A DNA stretch of 31,594 bases, from NCBI GenBank assembly GCA_037380845.1, contig JARRRI010000012.1, positions 73,635 to 105,228 on the forward strand. Reading direction: 5' to 3'. The position numbers and the translations under genes are program-made. Positions within the stretch are counted from its first letter, which is position 1; the number at the start of each line of letters is the position of its first letter. The DNA is from Candidatus Sulfobium sp. (GTDB lineage Bacteria; Nitrospirota; Thermodesulfovibrionia; Thermodesulfovibrionales; UBA6898). Below are positions 18,399 through 26,138 of this stretch, one piece after another. The notes under the pieces are model-generated. The model had not been told where the DNA came from, made no database searches, and worked only from the letters and a program-made list of their open reading frames with translations.

Positions 18399-18489
18399 GT
18401 CATTGCCGCCCAGGCGGGAATCCGTGTTTTTCAAGGTTTAAAGTGGACCCCCGCCCCCGCCTGGCGGCAGGCAGGAGCGCGAGGGTGAC
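18399..18489. repeat. REP/RS3-like palindromic element (GTCATT.CCGC..AGGCGGGAATCC ... TGGACCCCCGCC/GCGCGAGGGTGAC) with a nested short palindrome
   Basis: The ends resemble the widespread GTCATTCCCGCG-GCGGGAATCC...GGAT-CCCGCC-GCGCGGGAATGAC repeat. CCCGCCTGGCGGCAGGCAGG (18456-18475) interrupts the right arm. Confidence 0.65.
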
Positions 18490-18649
18490 GGATTCTTCGG
18501 AACGTTTGATCTTGAGATAAGTTCCAGTATATCTGCCTCGAAAATACCTCGGCCTTTCCGGTACCGTCCGCTGACATCGGCAATGTCACCGATACACGAG
18601 GCCCTTCCGCGAAATGAAAATTGTCTCCGGAATAGGTTAGAATTAAGAT

Positions 18650-19690
18650 ATGTCGGGCAAGTTCGTCCTGAGGGGCGTGCGGTATATATTGGTGGTGTCT
18701 GTGATGGCACTGATCTGGGTAGTTCTAGGTATGGTCTATGCCGACCGCTTCATCCCCCCGTTCAACCATCTGATCCCTTTCCTGATGCCGTGGAAGGCCC
18801 TTAACGCCATACCTTACGACGCAAGCGTCGCCCAGCGTCTGGGGATGATGCACGGAATGATTTATGCCTCCAACAGGGTGGCGAATTATGCCCTTGGTAC
18901 GCTGATCGTATCATTTGCAATGTTCAGTATCTACCTGACACTCGTATACCAGCAGAAGCAGAGAAGGGCCCGCGAAAACAGGATGCTTCTGCTCAAGAAC
19001 CAGGAGATAGCGAGACGAAATGAATTCATACGCTACATATCGGCCACTATAGGTCATGAGTTCAAGAACAACCTCGGTCGAATAAAGCGAAGGGTGGACC
19101 TGCTCCCGGGCATCCCCGGGGACGCGAGGACACGCCTTCACGACAATCTCGAAAAGCTGTTCGCCGATATCGATATTTTCAAGAAGATCTCGGACGAGAG
19201 AGAGGCGGGGCTGATTGATTTCGCGCGCGTAAATCTCCGGGACATACTGGTTGAACTTGGACAGCATTACGGCGATCTCGCCGAATTCAGGTTCGAGGAC
19301 AAAATGCGTGTGCCCGCCATCTTTGCCTCTCAAACCCTGTTGAAGACCGTTTTTGAGAATCTGGTGGACAATGCCATCAAGTACAAGAAGCCCGGACAGG
19401 CACGGGCCAGAATATCGGTGTCGTGGTCAGTCGATGTGGATGTGAGACGGAAGTATGTTTCTTTGTCCTTCAGGGATGAGGGGATAGGCATGGACGAGCT
19501 GGAGGCGGACCAGTGTTTTTATAAGTGGAAGGGCAACCAGGAAGGCTGGGGGGAAGGGCTTTATTTTGTGAAATACGTGATAGGTCTTCATGCAGGTAAG
19601 ATCCGGGTGGGCAAGGAATACACTTCGCCGGGGGTGGGAACGGAGATAATCATCAATCTCCCCTTTGTCGAGGAGGCCATCAATGTTTAG
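18650..19690 (+). CDS. Atypical membrane sensor histidine kinase (2 TM, short loop)
   Basis: H-box IGHEFKNNL, N-box ENLVDNAIKY, G1 RDEGIGM and variant G2 GWGEGL; two hydrophobic segments at the N-terminus. Confidence 0.9.
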   Translation: MSGKFVLRGVRYILVVSVMALIWVVLGMVYADRFIPPFNHLIPFLMPWKALNAIPYDASVAQRLGMMHGMIYASNRVANYALGTLIVSFAMFSIYLTLVYQQKQRRARENRMLLLKNQEIARRNEFIRYISATIGHEFKNNLGRIKRRVDLLPGIPGDARTRLHDNLEKLFADIDIFKKISDEREAGLIDFARVNLRDILVELGQHYGDLAEFRFEDKMRVPAIFASQTLLKTVFENLVDNAIKYKKPGQARARISVSWSVDVDVRRKYVSLSFRDEGIGMDELEADQCFYKWKGNQEGWGEGLYFVKYVIGLHAGKIRVGKEYTSPGVGTEIIINLPFVEEAINV

Positions 19691-20576
19691 GGTCCTGATT
19701 GCCGATGACGATTACGAGGACCGGGAATTGCTGAAGCTGGAAATCCAGCAGGCGCTCAACGAAAAAAATCCCGATCTGAGGTTTTACGAGGCGGTCAGCG
19801 TGAAACAGGCCAAGCAGCTTCTCACCTCTCAGGTTTTCGACCTCATGACACTCGACATTGAATTTGACCGGATGACGGAGGGTATAGACGCCCTTCCTGA
19901 GATCTTCGAGAACTACCCGACACTCAATATTATCGTTATCAGCGGCAAGTTGAACAAGAGTGAAGTCTCGGAGCAGTTGTTCCGTTTCACGAAAGACAAT
20001 GTGCTGAAGGGAAAGCGCTGGGCGCGACATTTCGATGTTCTCGACAAGAAGGACGACAAAAGCGAGGCGCTCAGGCGTGCGTATTCTTTTGCCTTCACTC
20101 AGAAGGAGGGTATGGACAACATACGGGAACTTTTTCTGCTGGCGGAGTCATACCTGGAAAAAAATATGATCGACAAGTGTCTGGAAGTGTACCAGAAGAT
20201 CCAGAATATCGCCCCCGGCGAGAGGGAGTCCAATGAAAATATACGTATTTTTGAGGGCGCTATTTCCGTAGAACATGCGGTGGAATATTACCGGAACGGT
20301 GAGAAAACGGTGGCGGCCCTCCTCCTGGGTCATTATCTGGAAAATCAGCTGAAGATGTTTACTGCGACTATGCTGGGCTGTTCTTTCCCGGCGCTGTACG
20401 ACTGCCTCAAGGCGCTTGAAAGCAACCGGCGTATAGGGCAGTACAGGAGAGGACTGTTTCACAAGCTGCTGAGGCTGCGAAACAAGGCGATCCATCAGCC
20501 TATGTCCATCGCGGAAAGTGACTTTGAGGCGGCTGTAAAGAACCTGCGGCTGCTGGAGGACGCCCTGTCATCATGA
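19683..20576 (+). CDS. Response regulator: receiver + TPR-like helices + C-terminal HEPN/DUF4145-like domain
   Basis: Start MFRVLIADDD with GAGGAGG RBS. Phosphoacceptor D58 (LMTLD), S87 and K122 present. C-terminus has HYLENQLK and LRLRNKAIH (Rx4H). Confidence 0.85.
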   Translation: MFRVLIADDDYEDRELLKLEIQQALNEKNPDLRFYEAVSVKQAKQLLTSQVFDLMTLDIEFDRMTEGIDALPEIFENYPTLNIIVISGKLNKSEVSEQLFRFTKDNVLKGKRWARHFDVLDKKDDKSEALRRAYSFAFTQKEGMDNIRELFLLAESYLEKNMIDKCLEVYQKIQNIAPGERESNENIRIFEGAISVEHAVEYYRNGEKTVAALLLGHYLENQLKMFTATMLGCSFPALYDCLKALESNRRIGQYRRGLFHKLLRLRNKAIHQPMSIAESDFEAAVKNLRLLEDALSS

Positions 20577-21220
20577 ACATGGATTCTTTTAAAAAATATA
20601 TGCTGCCCCCGGGGCCGATTCTCAGTCTGACGCTTATAGGTCTGATGTTTCTCAGCGCCCTTCTGTATTACCGGGCCATCAAGATACAGAGATTTCTCGA
20701 ACCGGCCTTTGCCATTTCCGAGCCGAGGATACAGTTTGCGCAGAATGTGAACGACCTTCTCGTAAGGGAATTCGGCGGAGGGAATGTCGACGGCATAAGG
20801 TTCGGAGGAGGGTCCATCTTTGCGGAACAGGCGCTCTTACTGGAGAGTGAACATCACGAGAAGGGTTTGGATTCAGGAGTTATCGAAAAGCTGAGCAGGG
20901 TTTTTCTCGCCGCACTTCACGACCCGGATATAAGAGGTCATGTCAGCCTTATACTTGTTAATGCAAAGTACAGGATCAGCAAGGACAGTGATTTGAACAG
21001 AACGATGAGGTCCCGGGCGCAGCATATGGCAGACATGGTTCTGAATGCTTTATATGCAGCGGAACCCAGGCTGGAAAAGTATTACGGAGGATACTTTGCT
21101 GCATCGGCCCTGCCGGTGGCCGCTGCGGCCAGGGAATCGGGCTGGATCGAGTTCAGGATTGTACCCACCGAGCGGATGCATATCGAAGTGTTACAGAGGT
21201 TGGGTAAATACGTGCAGTAA
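20573..21220 (+). CDS. Single-TM membrane protein with degenerate OmpA/MotB-like C-terminal domain
   Basis: ATGA-coupled to the regulator; TM at about aa 15-33. LILVNA..LNRTMRSRAQHMADMVLNALY..WIEFRI follows OmpA-like spacing but lacks GHTD and RR. The domain call is inferred. Confidence 0.6.
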   Translation: MNMDSFKKYMLPPGPILSLTLIGLMFLSALLYYRAIKIQRFLEPAFAISEPRIQFAQNVNDLLVREFGGGNVDGIRFGGGSIFAEQALLLESEHHEKGLDSGVIEKLSRVFLAALHDPDIRGHVSLILVNAKYRISKDSDLNRTMRSRAQHMADMVLNALYAAEPRLEKYYGGYFAASALPVAAAARESGWIEFRIVPTERMHIEVLQRLGKYVQ

Positions 21221-21349
21221 TGTCCGCCGATTGAGCGTGCCGGCGGCCGCTACGAGGCTGCCAAACGGCAAATGGATATGCTACAATACACAATCGGAAG
21301 AGAGGTGTGAATATCCGCCCGTGATTAACAGTCTCCGGCGAATATTCAT

Positions 21350-21479
21350 TGCTTTTCTGCAGTCTGTAAACGGCCCTGCGCAACAGGGCGGTGTGAACCT
21401 CGTCAGGTCCGGAAGGAAGCAGCGATAAGCATTTTTCCTGTGTGCCGCGGCAAGTCGTTTACGGGCTGCAGTAAGGCAG
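21350..21479 (+). ncRNA. ffs: Signal recognition particle RNA
   Basis: Conserved domain IV GTCAGGTCCGGAAGGAAGCAGC (21402-21423) inside a long stem (CTGCAGTCTGTAAACGGC / GTCGTTTACGGGCTGCAG); typical position upstream of dnaX. Ends are approximate. Confidence 0.92.
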
Positions 21480-21558
21480 AAGGGATGTGGTTGAGGGGTC
21501 AAAGTGAGGCGTAAAGTGAACCCCCCGCGCCCTCCTCATTACTCGCAAGGTATTTACT

Positions 21559-23226
21559 ATGAGCTACCTCGTCCTGGCAAGAAAATGGAGACCCCGGGAA
21601 TTCGACGACCTCGTCGGTCAGGAACCGATTATGCGCATTCTGAAGAATGCGGTCTCCCAGGGGAAAATCGCACACGCCTATCTTTTTTCAGGCCCCAGAG
21701 GCGTAGGCAAGACATCTTCCGCCAGGATTCTCTCAAAGGCTTTGAACTGCAAGGAGGGGCCGACTCCGGTCCCCTGCGGTGTCTGTGAATCGTGCACTGC
21801 GATAGCCGACGGTTCATCCGTCGATGTCATGGAAATCGACGGGGCGTCCAACAACAGCGTTGACGATATAAGAGACCTCAGGGAAAGGGTGCGCTATGCG
21901 CCGTCGAGCGGGAGATATAAGGTGTACATCATAGACGAAGTGCACATGCTTTCCGGTTCCGCCTTCAATGCGCTGCTGAAAACGCTTGAAGAGCCTCCTT
22001 CTCATGTCATCTTCGTCCTCGCAACCACCGAGATGAGGAAGATACCGGCCACAGTGGTTTCACGGTGCCAGCATATGCCTTTCAGGAGGATACCCAGCGG
22101 CGCTATACGAGACAGGCTCGGAAAGGTGTCGGAGTCGGAAGGCATCAAGGTTTCTCCCCGGGCGTTGGGTCTTATAGCGAGGGCCGCCGACGGGAGCATG
22201 CGTGACTCCCTTACCATACTTGACCAGCTGTCTTCCTTTTCATCCGAGGTGTCGGAAGAAGATGTAAGAGGCCTGCTCGGTATAGCCGATCTTGGTCTCC
22301 TGTCTAAAGTCTCAAAGGCGCTGATTGCCGGAGAGAGGGTCGAGTTGCTCAAGGCCGTGGAAATTCTTACGGAGCAGGGTGCTGACATCAGGGCTTTTAC
22401 CAAGGGGCTCGTACAGTTTTTCCGGGACCTCCTGGTGGCGAGCGTGATGAGGCGTTCCGATGAGGTCCTTGATCTGGGGGCTGAGGAAATGGCCGCCGTA
22501 AAGGAGATAGCGGCGATGTCATCCGAAGACCAGCTCACTCTTGTTCTCTCTGAAATGATGAAGGCCGAAAACGACGTAAGGACGTCTTCTTCGCCAAGGC
22601 TCGCACTTGAATTGAGCCTTTTAAAGGCAAGCTTCCTCAGCACGATGAAGCCTCTTAAGGACGTGATCGAGAATATCAGCCGTCACGGAGTAAAGTGTAC
22701 GGGAGGATTATCATCCGTCGTCCCTGAAGATGTAAGAGAGGCCGAAGATACGAATGAACAGGAAGAGCGGGAACATGGCGGGAGACCGGTAATGGAAGCG
22801 CAGGGGCAGCCGAAGGCAGCCGGTTCTCCTTCCGGTGATGGGGATGCAAAAGACAAGGCGGAGGAAGAAGACGCGTCCGGGGCATGGGAGAGAACCATCG
22901 CGAGGCTGGACCCCCGCCTCTCATCGCAGCTCGGTCAGGCCGAGGTGGAATTGAGGGGGAATGAGCTTTCCCTAACCCTTAACGGGGGGCATGCGACGCT
23001 GTTCGGGGACTCCATAAAGAACAACCTGGAGGCTATAGGGAAGGTAGTGAAGGACGAGTACGGCCGGGATATTTCGGTCCGTTTCGCCGTTGCGCAAAAA
23101 AAGAAACAGAAAGTCATGAATGAACCTTTGATCAAGGAGGTGCTGGAACTCTTCGGGGGGAGGATTGTGGATGTTTCCCCGGCAGGAGATCCCGTAAATA
23201 AGCAGAACGGAGGAAAATATGTCTAA
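21559..23226 (+). CDS. dnaX: DNA polymerase III subunit gamma/tau
   Basis: MSYLVLARKWRP, GPRGVGKT, zinc-site Cys residues, IIDEVHML, LLKTLEEPP and SRC. Confidence 0.97.
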   Translation: MSYLVLARKWRPREFDDLVGQEPIMRILKNAVSQGKIAHAYLFSGPRGVGKTSSARILSKALNCKEGPTPVPCGVCESCTAIADGSSVDVMEIDGASNNSVDDIRDLRERVRYAPSSGRYKVYIIDEVHMLSGSAFNALLKTLEEPPSHVIFVLATTEMRKIPATVVSRCQHMPFRRIPSGAIRDRLGKVSESEGIKVSPRALGLIARAADGSMRDSLTILDQLSSFSSEVSEEDVRGLLGIADLGLLSKVSKALIAGERVELLKAVEILTEQGADIRAFTKGLVQFFRDLLVASVMRRSDEVLDLGAEEMAAVKEIAAMSSEDQLTLVLSEMMKAENDVRTSSSPRLALELSLLKASFLSTMKPLKDVIENISRHGVKCTGGLSSVVPEDVREAEDTNEQEEREHGGRPVMEAQGQPKAAGSPSGDGDAKDKAEEEDASGAWERTIARLDPRLSSQLGQAEVELRGNELSLTLNGGHATLFGDSIKNNLEAIGKVVKDEYGRDISVRFAVAQKKKQKVMNEPLIKEVLELFGGRIVDVSPAGDPVNKQNGGKYV

Positions 23227-23560
23227 AAAAATGCTCGGTGATCTGATGCGCCAGGCGCAGAAGATCCAAGAAGAGATGCAGAAGACGCAGGAGGAGGCAA
23301 AGAAAAAAACGGCTGAAGCGGCTGCGGGAGGCGGCATGGTAACGGTGGTCGCCAGCGGGGCGGGGGAACTCGTATCGATAAAGATAGAAAAAGATGTCGT
23401 CAATCCCGACGATGTCGAGATGCTGCAGGACCTTATACTTGCGGCCGGCAACGAGGCCCTCAGAAGAGCCCAGGAGATGGTCAATGAAGAAATGTCCAAA
23501 CTGACCGGGGGGCTGCAGCTGCCGGGAATCGGGGGGCTCGGGAATATGTTCGGGAAGTGA
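23219..23560 (+). CDS. ybaB: YbaB/EbfC nucleoid-associated protein
   Basis: MRQAQKIQ, AGGGMVTV and DVEMLQDLILAA; lies between dnaX and recR. Confidence 0.95.
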   Translation: MSKKMLGDLMRQAQKIQEEMQKTQEEAKKKTAEAAAGGGMVTVVASGAGELVSIKIEKDVVNPDDVEMLQDLILAAGNEALRRAQEMVNEEMSKLTGGLQLPGIGGLGNMFGK

Positions 23561-23619
23561 CGGGTTGAAGGCTTTTTCCACTATGAATACCCTAAACCAT
23601 TGCGATTGGAAGTAAGGAA

Positions 23620-24210
23620 ATGCAGGGAATCATCGATAACCTGATCAGTGAGCTGATGCGGCTGCCGGGCATCGGCAGAAAGAGCGCCCAGCGGCTTGCC
23701 TTTTTTATACTGGCGATGCCTGACGGGGATGCCCTCTCCATAGCAAAGGCCATAGAGAATGTAAAGGAGAAGGCGAGGTTCTGCGGCCGGTGCTTCAATA
23801 TAACAGAGAATGAAATATGCGGAATATGCAGTGACGGTTCCCGCGACAGAAGCAGGTTATGTGTCGTAGAGGAACCGAGTAACATACTTGTCATCGAGCG
23901 GGTCAAGAGCTTCAACGGTCTTTATCATGTCCTGCTCGGGGCATTGTCGCCAATAGATGGAATTACCCCGGACAAGCTGAAGATAAAGGAGCTTGTTGAA
24001 AGGGTAAGGGGCAATGGCGTCCGGGAAGTGATAATCGCCACCAACCCGAATACAAAGGGAGAAATAACCGCGCAGTTCATAAAGGAAGAGCTGGGTCCGC
24101 TTGGCGTCAGGGTGACGCGTATAGCTTACGGATTGCCTATGGGGAGCGACCTGGAATTTGCAGATGAGGTAACCCTGGGCAAGGCCCTGGAGGGGCGCAG
24201 GGAGATCTGA
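23620..24210 (+). CDS. recR: Recombination mediator RecR
   Basis: LPGIGRKSAQRLAF HhH, C4 zinc finger, Toprim YHVLLGALSP and ADEVTL. Confidence 0.97.
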   Translation: MQGIIDNLISELMRLPGIGRKSAQRLAFFILAMPDGDALSIAKAIENVKEKARFCGRCFNITENEICGICSDGSRDRSRLCVVEEPSNILVIERVKSFNGLYHVLLGALSPIDGITPDKLKIKELVERVRGNGVREVIIATNPNTKGEITAQFIKEELGPLGVRVTRIAYGLPMGSDLEFADEVTLGKALEGRREI

Positions 24211-24336
24211 GGCCGGCCGGATTTATTGTCCATTTCAGCTTTATCTTTCCACTTAGCGCCGATTATTCATAAACGTACAGGGGACACAACCCGCATTATG
24301 CCGTAATTTTTCGGGGATTAAGAACGGCCGAAGGAG

Positions 24337-24365
24337 TTTACAACGACCCGGGAAAGATGTATATT
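24337..24365 (+). promoter_or_regulatory. Sigma70 promoter for the small Cys-rich gene
   Basis: TTTACA-17 bp-TATATT. Confidence 0.6.
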
Positions 24366-24407
24366 TTGATCAGAAGCGACTGAAAGGACAAATCCGGAGG
24401 TGCCCAG

Positions 24408-24605
24408 ATGGTAAAAATCGCGGACATCAGGAAGATCGCACGGCAGCAAGGGATTAACAGCTGGAAATTAAACAAGACAGATCTTATCAGAACGATCCAG
24501 AGAGCGGAGGGCTACAGCGACTGCTTTGCGACGGCCGGTGTCCGCACATGTGATCAGTTCGATTGTCTTTGGCGCGAGGACTGCGCTAATGCGTTCTCCT
24601 CATGA
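24408..24605 (+). CDS. Small SAP/Rho-N-like domain protein with four Cys
   Basis: GGAGG RBS; IRKIARQQGI..KTDLIRTIQRAEG.SDCFAT....CDQFDCLWREDC pattern. Confidence 0.8.
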   Translation: MVKIADIRKIARQQGINSWKLNKTDLIRTIQRAEGYSDCFATAGVRTCDQFDCLWREDCANAFSS

Positions 24606-24646
24606 ATCCTCCCGGCTCTTTTCAATTGACGGGCGGGGCTTTTTTC

Positions 24647-24694
24647 AAAAAAGCCGCTTCAGCGGCGGCCCTGCATCCGGACCACCACTGAAGC
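24647..24694 (-). terminator. Intrinsic terminator after the NosL-barrel gene
   Basis: Minus-strand stem GCTTCAGTGGTGGTCC/GGGCCGCCGCTGAAGC followed by GGCTTTTTT. Confidence 0.6.
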
Positions 24695-24710
24695 TCTGAA
24701 CAGAGTCCTC

Positions 24711-25964
24711 TCAGAACACCGGGAAGCGTCTTTTGAAGCTGATCATGGCGCTGCCGAAATAGCCTCCGCCGAGCTTTACCTTCTCTGCTGTTCCCATACT
24801 GTAATGGTTGAAGTCCTCATAAACAGGCATCCCGGCTGTTAAGCGCAAGCTGAAGTTTCCGCCGTAGGCGGTAATGAATTTCCAGTCCACGACACCCGCC
24901 AGGTTGGTCTGTAACCCACCGGTATTGCCCACGTTTTCTCCCCGGTATTTGTCCTTTGCGCAATACACGGCATCTAATTCAAGGCCTGCCATAAGGTCAT
25001 AGTTTGGAGTGTAGTGCACTGCGGCCCCCATATGAGCCGTATCCCCGAACCTGTAATTGTCGCTGTTCTCAAATCTGGCTGTGTAACTTGCCAGGTAATG
25101 GAACCAGAAGTTTCTGTAGCGGTTGGAGAACAGAAGGCCCCCGGTGAAGGCCAACGCTCCCGCTCCCGTCTGAAGACCGGGCATCGATATGTACTTCTCC
25201 CTGAAATCTCCTGTCGGAAGGGTGGTTCCGGCCAGGAGGCTGAAAAATTTGCTGTAGAAAACGTTTTTCCAGAGATTATATCTCACTGTTATGTTAATGT
25301 CTCCGAATCCGCTGTTCCTTTGTGTCTCGGTCTGTTTACCCCCCATCTTGTAGACTTCCATCTTCTTCTCCAGATAGGAGGAGGCTACGCCGAGGGCAAG
25401 ATTATCGGTTAAACCGTAATTTACCATCAGCAATTTGACCTTATCCATGGTCATGTTCATGTAGCTGATCCCCGCGCCAAAAGCACCTTTCGGAGGCAGG
25501 ACGGCGGTCTTGATTCTGGTCGGTATTGTCATGCCCATGGGAGAGATACTCAACAGGGCCTGGGTGAAATCGATTATCTGTCCGCCCTCTTTCAGCCTGA
25601 AGTTCTCTGCTTCGGCTCTTGTTCCGAAGGCGATTATATTAGGGATCATGTCCGGCACTGTCCTGCTTCCGATTACGTATGTTGCGGTCTCTGCCGGTAT
25701 GAGGGCCTTGCTTTTCCAGTCATGGACCATGATCGAGGAAAAAGCATCCGGCCCGCCTTCGTCATTTACGACCCTGAGCATGCAGGACACGCCGCATGTC
25801 TCGACCTTTTCACCGTTTTTCAGGGTCAGTTGAGTAGAGGTATTATGGTACTGGTCGATGTACATTCCGCAGACTCTGCAGCCGGGTCTTGTCCTGTTGG
25901 CGGCCTGTATTGGCTGCGGCGCAATCAGCAATAATACGACAATAAACATTAAAAATCTTTTCAC
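24711..25964 (-). CDS. Exported NosL-like metal-binding domain fused to a putative outer-membrane beta-barrel (MetA-pathway/transporter-like)
   Basis: Signal peptide; CRVCGMYI, CGVSC and YVIGS..AFGTRAEAENF (NosL-like). Then alternating beta-strands with SGFGDI and TTLPTG, and a C-terminal Phe. GTG start with GGAGG. Confidence 0.75.
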   Translation of the reverse strand: MKRFLMFIVVLLLIAPQPIQAANRTRPGCRVCGMYIDQYHNTSTQLTLKNGEKVETCGVSCMLRVVNDEGGPDAFSSIMVHDWKSKALIPAETATYVIGSRTVPDMIPNIIAFGTRAEAENFRLKEGGQIIDFTQALLSISPMGMTIPTRIKTAVLPPKGAFGAGISYMNMTMDKVKLLMVNYGLTDNLALGVASSYLEKKMEVYKMGGKQTETQRNSGFGDINITVRYNLWKNVFYSKFFSLLAGTTLPTGDFREKYISMPGLQTGAGALAFTGGLLFSNRYRNFWFHYLASYTARFENSDNYRFGDTAHMGAAVHYTPNYDLMAGLELDAVYCAKDKYRGENVGNTGGLQTNLAGVVDWKFITAYGGNFSLRLTAGMPVYEDFNHYSMGTAEKVKLGGGYFGSAMISFKRRFPVF

Positions 25965-26138
25965 GTCTTCCTCCTGAAAGTGTGGCCTGTGTTATCCTTT
26001 GCCCGTCTCAACAAATCTGGGACGGCATCGACGCGCTTTACGCCGGGTGGCAAAGGCGGCAACACTGACCTGATTGCCTTCAAGGCAGACGGTTCCGGCC
26101 GATGGCCGGCCTGTTGCCCCGATCTGTTTTGTGAACTT

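Noticed and set aside
20573..21220. Calling the locus a Zorya defence system
   Set aside because: No ZorA/MotA, ZorC, ZorD or ZorE genes, and the essential TM Asp is absent.
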